The notes: generated from the sequence alone by a model not told the origin. Counted from the first letter of the stretch, positions 52,204-63,506 are shown. The stretch: 64,000 bases of DNA from an uncultured Nitrososphaerales archaeon (GCA_963713605.1 CAVQMO010000010.1:672001-736000); one strand, 5' to 3'. Program-made: numbers and translations.

Positions 52204-54396
52204 ATGGGAACCGCTAAATTACTAAAAACCACGCTCGTTCTACCTAGGACTGAGACGCAGCAAGTTGTAAGCAGACTTGCTCAACTTGAATGGTTTCATT
52301 CATTACAACATGCATCTGAGTACGTTAACCCCTATTATGACGACCTATTATTGAAGGCGCAGAGGCTCTTCCAAGAAATTGATGATGTAGTCAAGGCTTT
52401 GGGAGTACCTCTAGAAACGGGCGTAATGGATACGATGTTTAAAGGTGCTCCGAAGGAGCACACATCCTACGAGATTGAAGATATTCAAGGCTTTATAGTT
52501 GATTTGGAGGGGAGAAGTGCTGCTCTCCTGGATGAGCCTAAAAGGATTCTTTTGGAACAGAATCAGGTATCAAAACAGTTGGAGGAATACCGTACGATAG
52601 CTTTGACCTTGGAAATGGCAGCGGATTTGAATTTAGATCTTCGAATTTTCTCTAAATTGAAAATATTCTATGCTGCAACTTTTATCATTGAAAATAGCGA
52701 CCAAGACGAGATCAAGAAAAGCTTGGGAGATCTGCCGATGCAGATTGTTAAATTAAATGAGCACAAATCTGCCTTAATCATTTTTGGTTCAGCTGACAGC
52801 GACGCTGATAGAATAATCAAAGTTCTGAGAAGCTTCGGAGTGCACCCCTTGCAAGTACCCCCTAACATGCCCCAGAATCCTCATTTGGCATATGCTGAGT
52901 CTAAAGCCAAAATAAAGGAATTGGAGAAGCAAAGTACAGCTCTAAGCAAGAAGGTTGAGAAATTGAAATTATCTCTCACTACGAAGCTACTATCATTACA
53001 CGAAGCTTCTCAAGTGGCAAAGGATGTTTTAGAAGCAACTAGGAAGCCAGGTGGCACCAAGAATTTCGCTATGATTGAGGGCTTTATCCCTGAGCAAATG
53101 CAAAATATATTCAAGAATTTGACAAGCGACTACGTTTCCGTGATGGATGTTCCTGAACGCTTGGCTACTGATGAAAGTCACGCTGAAGATCACGATGAGA
53201 AGCTTCCTACGCTCCTAAAAAATAAAAAGTATATCCGTACTTTCGAAATCATTACAGAGACACAGGGATTACCTAACTATGACGAGAGAGACCCTACGTC
53301 CATTATTGCCTTCGTGTGGCCTCTGTTCTATGGATTGATGTTTGCAGATTTAGGACACGGCATATTGCTCTTTGGTCTAGGGATGCTTTTCAGATACCGC
53401 GGCAACGGATCTCTTACCACATGGGGAACTTTAATAGCGGCGAGTGGAGCGGCCGCAGCCATTGCCGGCCTGGGGACGGGAGAATTATTTGGTTTTCATG
53501 CTATAGAGCTACCGATTCTGGCGCCCATTGCTGAACAATTAGGATTTGTGGGAATGTTAAGTGTGTCAGAGCTAACCTTTGAAGAGGTAGTCAAGATTTT
53601 GGAAATATCAATTGCTATAGGGGTGGTGCATATCTTGCTGGCTTTCTTCCTGAGGCTCTGGGCAGATATCAAAAAACATGATAAACTTATGATCTATTAT
53701 CATGATATCCCAACTATAGTACAATACTTTGCGGTGGTAAGCCTTATCCTCGCAGCAATAGGTTCTGGATATGATATCATCGGCATGTTCGGCATTACAG
53801 GAGTCACCCATAACGAACCAGTGCCTTGGCTGACGGTCGTTTTCGGAGACTGGGTCACCGTAGACTTGGTTGCAAAAGTAGCCCCCCTTGTAATCATTGG
53901 TACTGTGATAACTATGATCATCGGTGGCATGAAGGAAGAGAAACACCTCAAGAAACTTGGGAAGGATGAGGGTGGTGGATTGGTGGGTATAGTGGTGGAG
54001 GTGATAATGGTACGAATCATTGAAATGCTTTCAAACACAATAAGTTATTCTCGACTCGGCATAATGCTATTGGTTCATGCCGCACTGCTTGTAACGGTTA
54101 TCGATTCATTCGAATCGTTGGGTGGCACAGTTGGAGGATATGCTGTCCTTATCGGCGGAAATATTGGTATAATGTTGATCGAAGGATTGATAGTATACAT
54201 TCAAACAATTAGGTTACACTTATACGAATGGTTTCCTAAATGGTATATCGGCCAAGGTATTGACTTCAAACGCCTCGTTCCCAAGATGCTCTATTCCAAA
54301 TTTGTATGGCAGACTAGAGCCATTGATCATAGCTTGGACTATAATCGGGTAGGGGATAAGAGAAGCTCTCGCGAAGAAGTAATTGGGAGGTCATGA
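52204..54396 (+). CDS. atpI: A-type ATP synthase subunit I (a)
   Basis: PTLLKN, PNYDERDPT, YGLMFADLGHG, SNTISYSRL, IQTIRLHLYEWF. Confidence 0.95.
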   Translation: MGTAKLLKTTLVLPRTETQQVVSRLAQLEWFHSLQHASEYVNPYYDDLLLKAQRLFQEIDDVVKALGVPLETGVMDTMFKGAPKEHTSYEIEDIQGFIVDLEGRSAALLDEPKRILLEQNQVSKQLEEYRTIALTLEMAADLNLDLRIFSKLKIFYAATFIIENSDQDEIKKSLGDLPMQIVKLNEHKSALIIFGSADSDADRIIKVLRSFGVHPLQVPPNMPQNPHLAYAESKAKIKELEKQSTALSKKVEKLKLSLTTKLLSLHEASQVAKDVLEATRKPGGTKNFAMIEGFIPEQMQNIFKNLTSDYVSVMDVPERLATDESHAEDHDEKLPTLLKNKKYIRTFEIITETQGLPNYDERDPTSIIAFVWPLFYGLMFADLGHGILLFGLGMLFRYRGNGSLTTWGTLIAASGAAAAIAGLGTGELFGFHAIELPILAPIAEQLGFVGMLSVSELTFEEVVKILEISIAIGVVHILLAFFLRLWADIKKHDKLMIYYHDIPTIVQYFAVVSLILAAIGSGYDIIGMFGITGVTHNEPVPWLTVVFGDWVTVDLVAKVAPLVIIGTVITMIIGGMKEEKHLKKLGKDEGGGLVGIVVEVIMVRIIEMLSNTISYSRLGIMLLVHAALLVTVIDSFESLGGTVGGYAVLIGGNIGIMLIEGLIVYIQTIRLHLYEWFPKWYIGQGIDFKRLVPKMLYSKFVWQTRAIDHSLDYNRVGDKRSSREEVIGRS

Positions 54397-54649
54397 TAGC
54401 AAAATATATTCAGCTAAGGTCTTTGACGACGACCTAATAACTACCACCAATCGTAGAGCTAAATCAAGATTTGTTGGGGTAACTAACAGCTGTATTTTCT
54501 TATCAACAATGTATAGATTAATGTATGGGGCTGAGCCTTGTCTCCAAGTCGATAGCTGCTGCAATCCTGGTCACCAGGTCACGTATGACTAGTTATGATT
54601 CCTTTAGAGATTGTGACCTATGTACCAATGTTCTTTGGTGATTTTTAAG

Positions 54650-55453
54650 TTGCTAGAGAATCCGATTGCAGTTTTTGACTCGGGCCTGGGTTCCTTATCT
54701 GTAATAAAACAATTACGCAGGCAATTACCGACTGAAAATCTATTGTACCTTGCAGATGAGCAACACTTTCCATATGGTAACAAGACAAGGCAAGAACTTC
54801 TAACCATAATCCTTGATATCCTACGATATCTTGATCGATATAAGCCAAAATTGGTAGTTGTTGCTTCAATTACTCCTTCAGTTCAGATTCTAGAAGAAGT
54901 CAAACGCTTATCTAAAATGGGCGTCGTGGGAATTATCCCTCCACTCAAGACCGCCTCTAAGCTCACGAAGAAAAAGCATATTGGAATATTGGCTACCGCA
55001 AGTACGATTAAGAGCAGAGAGTTGGGCGATTTGATTAAGTCCCAAGTCCCACAGAATATACTTGTAACCAGATTTGATGCATCAGAAATTATAAGCTTGG
55101 TTGAGAATGGTGAATATATCACCAATGAGCGGAAGACATTTGATGCAATTTCTAAAGCAATAGAGTATCGCGAAGATCTTGAATCACACATAGATGTGAT
55201 GGTTTTGGCAAGTACCCACCTACCCTTTGTCTCGAATTATCTCGTCTCTTTACTGCCAACCATCAGGTTGATTGACCCTGTAAAACTTCTCGCAAATGAT
55301 GTAAGGAAATATCTATCTACCAATCATATGGCCAAAAAGAAAGGGGTGGGTCGAACTGAAATTCTAATTACGTCGAACAAATCTAGATTTGAAGGAATAA
55401 TTAGAGAATTAGGCATTAGAGAACCAGTAAAGGAAATCTTTCTTGCCCTCTAA
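54650..55453 (+). CDS. murI: Glutamate racemase (MurI)-like protein with both catalytic cysteines replaced by serine
   Basis: AVFDSGLGSLSV, YLADEQHFPYGNK, GILATASTI. ACNT reads ASIT and GCTH reads ASTH. The track ORF starts at 54620. Confidence 0.85.
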   Translation: MLENPIAVFDSGLGSLSVIKQLRRQLPTENLLYLADEQHFPYGNKTRQELLTIILDILRYLDRYKPKLVVVASITPSVQILEEVKRLSKMGVVGIIPPLKTASKLTKKKHIGILATASTIKSRELGDLIKSQVPQNILVTRFDASEIISLVENGEYITNERKTFDAISKAIEYREDLESHIDVMVLASTHLPFVSNYLVSLLPTIRLIDPVKLLANDVRKYLSTNHMAKKKGVGRTEILITSNKSRFEGIIRELGIREPVKEIFLAL

Positions 55454-55580
55454 GGGAAACGACATTCCAATACCTCTAATCGCTGTGAAAATTGGCAGAT
55501 TGCTTGAACCATTTCAATAGAACCACTATGAATATGAATATTAGGTAGATTTACCTTAGACTAGGACTTACTAGTCCTGT

Positions 55581-56499
55581 ATGGATCTGAGAATCGTTTT
55601 CTTGGGCACTTCAGCAGACCACCCCAACTGATGATCGAGGACTCTCTTCTATCGCAATTGCTCGAGGAAATGAGATTCTTCTTTTCGATGCGGGGGAAGG
55701 TATGCAAAGAAATTTTGTAAGATCAAGTCTCCGGATGAATTGCAAAATGAAAGTCTTTGTCACCCACATGCATGCCGACCACTCACTGGGAATCCTGGGA
55801 TTACTCCAAACACTATCGCTTAATGGCAGGACCCTACCTGTTGATATCTATGGTGAACCAAGACTCGCAGAATTCATAAAGTTTAGTACAAGACTGATTG
55901 GTTTCGGGCTTTCCTTTGATGTAAATCTTCACAATATAGAATCTGAGGGATTGCTGGTTCGTGAGGATGATTATGAAGTAACATGTTGCGAAGCAGATCA
56001 TAATGTACCTGCTTACTCATTCTGTCTGACAGAGTTGGATAGACCTGGGATTTTTGATATCAAAAGAGCCGTACAATTAGGAATACCAGAAGGGAAATTA
56101 TACAAACAGCTTCAGTCAGGGATGGATATTGTAATCAACGGAAGTATAGTAAGATCATCTGATGTGGTAGGGTCAAGACGCCCTGGGAGGAAGATTGGAA
56201 TCTCCGGTGATACAAGACCAACCGAAAAGCTTGGTAAATTTTTCGAAAATTGCGATCTACTCATTTTTGAGTCAACATATGGTGAAGGGCTCCGACATAA
56301 GGCGATCGAAAACTTTCATGCTACTGCTGCCGAAGCTGCAAAGCTAGCGAATCAGTTTGGTGCTAGGAAGCTTGTATTAACTCATTTTAGTACCAGATAC
56401 CGGCAGAGCAGTCAATTGCTCGCAGAAGCGCGTCTCATCCATGAAAACGTAGATGATGCACATGATCTGAAAATAATACACCTCCCATACCGTCAATGA
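55581..56499 (+). CDS. rnz: Ribonuclease Z; frameshift near 55617
   Basis: MDLRIVFLGTSA...PT..RGLSS...LFDAGEG, THMHADHSLG, SGDTRP, ESTY, HATA, LTHFSTRY. Confidence 0.93.
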
Positions 56500-56787
56500 T
56501 TCCTCTGAACAACTTCGAGCCAACTCGATATTTAATAATTCTATTACAAATTTATAACTGGAGCATACCATTCTTTGCAGGGGATGAAGTGAATAATCGC
56601 TGCTCCAGGCAGAGCCAGAAGCTATGATGACCTCGCGACGAACAGACCCCAAACAACTAGGTCTAGGTCCAAGTCTGCATCAGTTCCAAGCATGACTTCC
56701 GTAATTAGTCACCATGTAAAGCAATAGAGCTTCAATTGCAGTTGTTTCAAACTCTTTTCAATAGATTGACCGGACATTCTAAAAATA

Positions 56788-57729
56788 ATGACCTTTTCAA
56801 TCCACAACATATACATTATTCATGGGACACTATTTCTTAAAATCTTGGAAGAATTAGTATACAATTATCCTCTTTACAGACCCCCTTCTGAGGCAAACTC
56901 AACGATCTTACAGGTCACGTTGGGATGCTCGTTTAATCACTGCTCATTCTGCAGCATGTACCGAACAAAATCCTATCAAGAGAGGTCATTAGAGGAGATC
57001 AAGTTCGAAATAGATTTGGTTTCCAGATACCAACCCCTAACCGAAAAAATCTTTCTTGCCGATGGGGATGCATTAAATGTTAAGACCGAAAGGTTGGTTG
57101 AAATATTAGACTATTTGAATCTCAAATTTAAGAGTCTTAAGAGAATTTCATGCTATGCAATGCCAAGGAATCTGATCCAGAAAAAGGACTCAGAACTTGA
57201 ACGGTTACGAGATCGAGGATTAAGCATGTTATATGTTGGGATAGAGAGTGGCAATGACGTAGTGCTGCAAAAAGTCACAAAGGGTGCATCTTCCTCAATG
57301 ATTATTGAGAGTTGTGAGAAAGCAATTGATCACCAATTCACACTCTCTTGCATGGTCATTCTCGGCTTGGGCGGCAGAACATATACTGATGCACACATAT
57401 CTGATACCGCCAAGGTTGTGAGCCAAATTAGCCCGCACTATCTTGCCGCTCTTAACCTCCAACTCGACGAAACCGTTCGTACTGAGTTCATGTTCAAGTT
57501 TAAGGAGCCATTTTCCTGGTTAACTGATTTGGAGATCTTGAATGAACTAGAAAGGCTAATTGTGCTTTTCAATCCGATTAGAGAAGTAATCTTTAGAGCA
57601 AACCATGCTTCAAATGTATACAGTATTGGCGGGACTCTACCATCTGAAAAATCAAAGCTTCAGAGACTAATTCATGAATTGAAAAGTCACCCTGAAATGT
57701 TAAGACCAAAGATTGTTCGAAGATTCTGA
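56788..57729 (+). CDS. Radical SAM protein of unknown function
   Basis: YRPPSEA, GCSFNHCSFCSMY, FLADGDAL, YVGIESG, FRANHASN. Confidence 0.9.
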   Translation: MTFSIHNIYIIHGTLFLKILEELVYNYPLYRPPSEANSTILQVTLGCSFNHCSFCSMYRTKSYQERSLEEIKFEIDLVSRYQPLTEKIFLADGDALNVKTERLVEILDYLNLKFKSLKRISCYAMPRNLIQKKDSELERLRDRGLSMLYVGIESGNDVVLQKVTKGASSSMIIESCEKAIDHQFTLSCMVILGLGGRTYTDAHISDTAKVVSQISPHYLAALNLQLDETVRTEFMFKFKEPFSWLTDLEILNELERLIVLFNPIREVIFRANHASNVYSIGGTLPSEKSKLQRLIHELKSHPEMLRPKIVRRF

Positions 57730-57884
57730 CCATGTGCGGGTATTCGGTTATTGTTCTGCCAACTTTAACTTCTAACGTCGTAGCCGAAGAAAACGTAGAT
57801 GACTAAATCATAACACCAAAAAACGCTATCCTTTCAGAATTTAAGAAAAAACAAATAAAAGGAATTTTTGAGTAGTCAGTCACG

Positions 57885-58163
57885 TTACCAGTGGTGCTTT
57901 TCGTCCGGAATAAGACCTATCTGCTCACGCTCGAAGTAAGTCTCCAATTCTTGAGTCCATTTTTCTTTAGCCGAACCTCCTCCAAGTCCCTTTCGTCTGA
58001 GCCAAAATGCAATTACACTCAGGAGGAAAACTGCGAAAAGCATAGTCCCAAATATGTATACCATTACATCGAAGAACAATGGGTCGTATGCTGGTCCTAC
58101 TTGTTTCAGAAGACTCTCCAATCCGGTGCTGAACATTCCCACAAGGCTTAGAATGGCGCTCAT
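57885..58163 (-). CDS. amoY: Probable ammonia monooxygenase accessory subunit AmoY (single TM)
   Basis: PLFFDVMVYIFGT...AFWLRRKG matches my recollection of the AOA-specific family. Tandem with the AmoZ candidate and divergent from rps15, near amoB. Confidence 0.68.
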   Translation of the reverse strand: MSAILSLVGMFSTGLESLLKQVGPAYDPLFFDVMVYIFGTMLFAVFLLSVIAFWLRRKGLGGGSAKEKWTQELETYFEREQIGLIPDEKHHW

Positions 58164-58357
58164 ATTACGATATAATCCAAATAAAATCTATGATATATAC
58201 ATTTTGGTTCACACCGCCGGATCAGCAATAGATATAACGAAATTACTACATTTGCTCAGACCCGATAAATACGTATTTCTAGCAAAAAAATGCCCTAGTG
58301 TATGTATTAAAAAGTAACTAATCTTCAAAAAGAAGGAAAGGTGTTGTTTAAGTATTT

Positions 58358-58780
58358 CTATCTATTTTGATTTCTTTTCATAGCTTCAAGTTCATCTTTG
58401 TATCTCTGAGCTTCTAACTTCCAATCTGGTTCACTATGCCGTGTAGATTCTGTAGTGGCGGCCCTTCTCGCCCCTCTGGACTTTGCGAAGAATGCACCTG
58501 CCACCCCTCCGAATATTACTACAAGTATTATAATAAATAGTACAGTGCTGTCAAGGGTAGCGCTAAGCATAGAAGTACCGGAGCCGTATGCACCTTGCTG
58601 CTCAGCAAGTGATGTTTTCTCTCTAGCAAGTTTCAGCTGCTCCTCAATACTGCTTGATGTGGTTCCGGCGCCCCCGCCGCCTGTGTACTGCGCATTAGCT
58701 GTCTGAATACCAGGCAAAATAAATGCAGCTGCCATGAGTACTGCCATAGTGGATAGAGCCGGTAGGTAGGCTTTATTCAT
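58358..58780 (-). CDS. amoZ: Probable ammonia monooxygenase accessory subunit AmoZ (signal peptide, helical ectodomain, one TM)
   Basis: Signal MNKAYLPAL...ANA-Q, then SIEEQLKLAREK, GSGT and TM ...FGGVAGAFF; syntenic with rps15 and amo genes. Confidence 0.68.
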   Translation of the reverse strand: MNKAYLPALSTMAVLMAAAFILPGIQTANAQYTGGGGAGTTSSSIEEQLKLAREKTSLAEQQGAYGSGTSMLSATLDSTVLFIIILVVIFGGVAGAFFAKSRGARRAATTESTRHSEPDWKLEAQRYKDELEAMKRNQNR

Positions 58781-58884
58781 ATGTTCAGTTTTCGAATCTC
58801 GATTATTTAACTTTTTTGTAAAGTTCAGTTCGCTCTTCAATGTCCGTAACATTTAGATGTCGACCCTCAGAACGTTGTCTATCA

Positions 58885-59337
58885 ATGGCACGAATGCATG
58901 CACATACTCGCGGCAAGTCTCATTCAACCCGTCCTACGTCCAAGAGTGTGCCTACTTGGGTTAGCATCAGTCATTCAGACCTTACATCTATTATCATCAA
59001 AATGTATAATGAAGATGGCTTAACTGCTTCCCAGATTGGTATCATTCTCAGAGATGAGTATGGGATACCACTAGTGAAACCAATTTTGGGAAAAACCATA
59101 ACCGATGTTTTGAGAGAGAACGGTGTTAAGCAGGATATGCCAGAGGATCTAGACAGGTTAGTGAAAAAGGCCCTTGGTTTACAAAGGCATCTCAGAACTC
59201 ACAACAGCGATAGAAGAAACGTTCGTTCCCTAGAACTGATTGAATCGAAGATACATCGTCTATCAAGATATTACAAGATAAAGGACAGAATCGACAAGAA
59301 TTGGAAATATGCTGCGGTTATAGCACAGGCTCAATAG
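58885..59337 (+). CDS. rps15: 30S ribosomal protein S15 (uS15)
   Basis: MARMHAHTRGKSHSTRP, SQIGIILRDEYGIP, PEDL, LELIESKIHRLSRYY. Confidence 0.97.
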   Translation: MARMHAHTRGKSHSTRPTSKSVPTWVSISHSDLTSIIIKMYNEDGLTASQIGIILRDEYGIPLVKPILGKTITDVLRENGVKQDMPEDLDRLVKKALGLQRHLRTHNSDRRNVRSLELIESKIHRLSRYYKIKDRIDKNWKYAAVIAQAQ

Positions 59338-59352
59338 ACTCACGACTTCTCG

Positions 59353-60805
59353 ATGAACCCACGAAATAGGCTAGATGATGATCTCAAGTCTATTTCAGAT
59401 ATTATTGGGGACCTCGTAAGAAAAGAGGGTAAGTTCCTTATTCTATCGAGCCCATCCCCAGATGGAATAGCAGCAAGTAGTATAGTCTTCCAAACTCTTG
59501 CAAGATTAAACGCCAAATGCATATTGAGAAGCACTTCGAGTATAACAGATTCTTTACATATTGGAAACTCAGTTTCCAATGAATATGATTTATGCTTGCT
59601 GTTAGATTTCGAACATGAGTCAGTCGAAAAGCTTGACAAGAGCCTTCAAAACAAGTGGTTGCTGATCAGGCACCTATCAGATGAGATAGTTCCCGAAGCT
59701 AACAAAGCATATGACCAACGCGTTCTGAACATTAATAGGTACGAGCTCAATGGCTGGTCAGAAATAACCACTGCAGGGATATGCTATCTATTGTCGATAG
59801 CATTAGACACTAAAAATACAGATCTTTCTGTGCTGGCTGTACTTTCTTCGCTTGGCGAGAGACAGGATTGTGGAGAAGGTAGGTCACTTTTGGGAATAAA
59901 CGCTGAAATAGCCAAGGTTGGTGAATCCCAAGGTCTGCTGCAAAGCCAACCAGACGACCTTCTCATAGTAGGACACGAATGGAGGCCAATACACGAAGCA
60001 ATCGCTTTGACTCGTTTTCCATACATTGAAGGATTAACATGGAATTTAGAGAGGGCTAGGTCAATAGTGGAAAATTCTGGGATCAAGTTGAAGGAAAATG
60101 GGAAATGGCGAGTCTTCACCGATCTTCTGGATCAAGAGAAATGGTCAATCTATGAAGGGATTGCAAAATTCGTTGCCACTAATTCTGGCGCAGAGGTATA
60201 TTCCTTTAGAAGGTATACGTGGGATCAGCTACACCTTACTTAAGGAAGACAGGGGAACTCCACTTCGTGACGCGAGAGAGTATTCAGATCTCCTCAGAAT
60301 TTGCGGTAAAGCGCAAAAATCGGGAGTAGCAATATCAGTATGCCTTGGTGACCGCTTCAAGATGCTGGAAAAAGCTGAAGAAACAGTCGATCGTTATCTT
60401 GACATTCAGAGAAGATCTTTAAGCACTATATTCGCAGAGAAATGGAGGATTTGGGTTGACAGAGACATGGTCTTCATGAACGGGGAAGGGGCGGTGGCAG
60501 AGAATTCCCTCGAGGATATCATGACTCTTCTTGAATCCTCCCCACAATTCTTGCGCAAGATCATTGTTGGCAGGACGGTTACACAAACAGGTGCATACAA
60601 GTATTGTTGTCGAGTCAGTGACTTGCCTAAATTCACAGAGTTGGCATCAGCGATACGGAAATGTTATGGCGTTTCTAATGTATTACCCCATCCATTTGAG
60701 CCCTATGTGCTGTGTTGCGAAGTCCTTCCTAGCGATTTAGAAAACTTTGTCTCATGTTTGAAGGCTGCACCCAGGACCAGTGAATATGCAAGAGCCTCTC
60801 GTTGA
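59353..60805 (+). CDS. DHH/RecJ-like phosphoesterase family protein with degenerate metal motifs; frameshift near 60205
   Basis: DGIAASSI, EITTAGICY, LGERQD, GINAEI, LRDAREYSDLLRICG; conserved rps15-DHH-pcc1-serS order. Confidence 0.8.
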
Positions 60806-61049
60806 TAAAATCACTGTATATATAGAACTAGATCTAGAAGATGAAGGCAAAAGAGATGCAATAATGAAATCACTCGTTGCTGATAACATCAATTTCCCAC
60901 CCGGCTTAGAAATGCAAATGCATTCTCTTTCAGAGAACATACTTTCGATAGAGTTCCATAGCGATGGTTCTATAGAGACGATTTCCAATACAGTAGACGA
61001 AGTCTTGAGTCATATTTCGATTGGGAAAATGGTGTTAAATGATGATTGA
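60780..61049 (+). CDS. pcc1: KEOPS complex subunit Pcc1
   Basis: AIMKSLVADN...ISNTVDEVL; size and synteny fit. Confidence 0.78.
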   Translation: MNMQEPLVDKITVYIELDLEDEGKRDAIMKSLVADNINFPPGLEMQMHSLSENILSIEFHSDGSIETISNTVDEVLSHISIGKMVLNDD

Positions 61050-62313
61050 TCCTCGACTACTAAAAGACGATCCAGAACGGATACGGCAAATGCTTTTTCA
61101 AAGAAATCTGTCTTTTCCATTAAATGAGTTATTGGTGCTGGATAAGAGAAGACGCACGCTAATTTCCGAGAGCGATTTGTTAAGACATCGAAAGAATGTG
61201 ATCGCTCAAACAATTGCGAGAAAGATGAAAACTAGAGTGGACAGTTCGGAAGAGCTCAGGGAGATGAAATCCCTTGGCGATAGAATCCTCAAACTGGGTA
61301 AAGATCTTGAAGAAACAGATTCAAATTTCAAACATTTGATGATGAGTCTACCTAATCTGGTCAGTAGCTCTGTACCTGTAGGTGCGAATCAGCGAGATAA
61401 TGTGGTAGTTAGATCGATAGGAACACCTAACAAGTTCGATTTTGCACCTCTTGATCACGTTGATCTCGGAACAAAGTTGGATCTGTTTGATTTAGAACGG
61501 GCTGCAAAAATTTCTGGCTCTCGTTTTTACTTCTTGAAGAATGTGCTGGTAAAGCTGAATATTGGACTCCTCCAATTTGCTCTGGATTATTTGCAAGATC
61601 AAGGATACATACTTGTGCAACCTCCTTACATGATAAGAAGAGAGCCAATGGAAGGTGCTGTTATATTGGACGATTTTGAACATGTCATTTACAAAATCCA
61701 TGGAGAAGATTTACACATGATTGGCACCTCCGAGCATGCGATGGCGGCAATGCATATGGATGAAATTCTAGAAGGAGCTTCTCTCCCGTTAAAATATGCT
61801 GGTATTAGTCCGTGTTTTAGAAAAGAAGCTGGTGCGCACGGGAAAGATACGAAAGGCATCTTTCGAGTGCATCACTTTGACAAGGTTGAGCAATTTGTAT
61901 TCACACGTCCAGAGGATTCAGAAAAAGAGCATCAGAAAATGGTAGAATTGGCCGAGAAATTTTATGAAAAATTGGGAATCCCAATTCGAACTGTACTCCT
62001 GTGTACGGGGGACATGGGTAAGACCTCCTCAATAACTTATGATATAGAAGCTTGGATGCCAGGACAAGACTGTTATAGAGAGATAGTCTCGAGCTCGAAT
62101 TGTTTAGACTATCAGTCTAGAAGATTAAGAGTAAGATTTAGAGATCGCCCTGATGAAGAGACTCGTTTGGTTCATACCCTAAACAGCACTCTGGTCGCGA
62201 CCGGAAGAACATTAGTTGCAATTATTGAAAACTTTCAGCGCGCTGACGGAACGATAGAGGTTCCCGATCCCTTGAAGAAATTTGTAGGAACTGACGAGAT
62301 TTCCGCCCAATAA
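61039..62313 (+). CDS. serS: Serine--tRNA ligase
   Basis: KISGSRFY, IGTSEH, CFRKEAGAHGKDTKGIFRVHHFDKVEQF, EIVSSSNCLDYQSRR, HTLNST. Confidence 0.97.
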   Translation: MMIDPRLLKDDPERIRQMLFQRNLSFPLNELLVLDKRRRTLISESDLLRHRKNVIAQTIARKMKTRVDSSEELREMKSLGDRILKLGKDLEETDSNFKHLMMSLPNLVSSSVPVGANQRDNVVVRSIGTPNKFDFAPLDHVDLGTKLDLFDLERAAKISGSRFYFLKNVLVKLNIGLLQFALDYLQDQGYILVQPPYMIRREPMEGAVILDDFEHVIYKIHGEDLHMIGTSEHAMAAMHMDEILEGASLPLKYAGISPCFRKEAGAHGKDTKGIFRVHHFDKVEQFVFTRPEDSEKEHQKMVELAEKFYEKLGIPIRTVLLCTGDMGKTSSITYDIEAWMPGQDCYREIVSSSNCLDYQSRRLRVRFRDRPDEETRLVHTLNSTLVATGRTLVAIIENFQRADGTIEVPDPLKKFVGTDEISAQ

Positions 62314-62410
62314 AAGTTTCAAGAATTTAACGACGATTATTTTCTAGATAATACTCTAGTTAGTGATATGAAATACAAAAATGAGGGAAGTTAGTTTGCG
62401 TGTGTGACTT

Positions 62411-62965
62411 CTAGATCACTTGCCACGGTCTCGTTGCAAATGTTACGCCTAAGCCTGCTCCTATCACCATTACTTGATATATCACATTCGTCCATGGAAC
62501 CGGTTTGAATATCGGTTCGCCTGTCACTTGAACGGTTTGTCCTGGACCAAGTCCTGGGCCAATGGTCTGAATATTGAGCTGTGTATGGACATGATAAATA
62601 CCTGGTTCCAACGCTCTGACGGTTAGTGAGTATGGAATTGTTGCTTCTGGTTCGATGTCAAAGACGTTGCCGGGTGGATCACGAGCTATGAACTCCCATC
62701 TGTTGCCTGCATTTGTTGATTCACTGAAAAGCGACAACCACGCTCTAAGTGGTCTGTTCACCAAGCTCTGTAGTGTACCAGTTACCGTTAGCTCATCACC
62801 AGTCTGAATTGTCTGACCAGAAAAAGATTCATCTTGAATTCTCACAAACCTACTCTGGAGTTGGGCCTGAACACCATGTCCCTCTACAGAAGGCATAAAT
62901 GCGAATGCACTAGACATTACTAATACCGCAGCCAATCCTGTCAAGACTATAGCCTTGTTAATCAT
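62411..62965 (-). CDS. amoB: Ammonia monooxygenase subunit B
   Basis: Signal peptide then HGVQAQLQSRFV, ESTNAGNRWE, YHVHTQLN, GPGLGPG, FATRPWQVI. Confidence 0.98.
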   Translation of the reverse strand: MINKAIVLTGLAAVLVMSSAFAFMPSVEGHGVQAQLQSRFVRIQDESFSGQTIQTGDELTVTGTLQSLVNRPLRAWLSLFSESTNAGNRWEFIARDPPGNVFDIEPEATIPYSLTVRALEPGIYHVHTQLNIQTIGPGLGPGQTVQVTGEPIFKPVPWTNVIYQVMVIGAGLGVTFATRPWQVI

Positions 62966-63206
62966 TTGTAGTTTCTAAGCGATACCAGAAGAAACAAAGA
63001 TATATATTTTGCTGTAACCGATGAGCCAACTTAAGGCTCCTGCTTGAAGTAATCCTTAGTTTTTGATAAAGTCCTCAAAATGGATTCATAATTGCTTAAG
63101 CAATCCCTTTCAATGTAACTGATCCGGAATGTGGGATCTATTTCCGCAACCCGTATTAGTAACAGCAAAATTTAAAAAGGAAAGGACTCATCAAATATTG
63201 TATAAG

Positions 63207-63506
63207 ATGACATTACCAAAGGGATTCGGACCTGGTGGAAGACGAGTTGAAGGTGGCGGTAGTAGGGACGACATAGAAAAGATGATTGGGCGCAGAGTCG
63301 AAAATATGAAAGGTATCTTAGTTCTAGGCCTTGCATTGTGCTGGGCTGCAACAGCTGGTGGTGTTTACGTAGGCGTAACTGTTTATCCTTGGGCCTATCC
63401 CTTGCCAAGTGGAATATATGCCCTATCTGTGCTTACTGTTATCGAAGCTCTAGGCTTCTTCTGGATGTGGAAGATCTCAACAGAAAAACCTCTACGTCCG
63501 TACTGA
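63207..63506 (+). CDS. amoX: Ammonia monooxygenase subunit X
   Basis: MTLPKGFG...EKMIGRRVENM, YPWAYPLPSG, two TM helices, immediately upstream of amoA. TATA (TTTAAA) at 63171-63176 supports the 63207 start. Confidence 0.9.
   Translation: MTLPKGFGPGGRRVEGGGSRDDIEKMIGRRVENMKGILVLGLALCWAATAGGVYVGVTVYPWAYPLPSGIYALSVLTVIEALGFFWMWKISTEKPLRPY

Noticed and set aside
1713..60805. Many split genes (FAH, BMP, fdrA, DUF1116, amidohydrolase, trmB, tes, atpC/A/B/D, rnz, DHH) read as pseudogenisation or programmed frameshifting
   Set aside because: Single-base shifts hit essential genes as often as accessory ones, with no in-frame stops and no shared slippery motif. Uncorrected read indels are the simplest explanation; read polishing would confirm.
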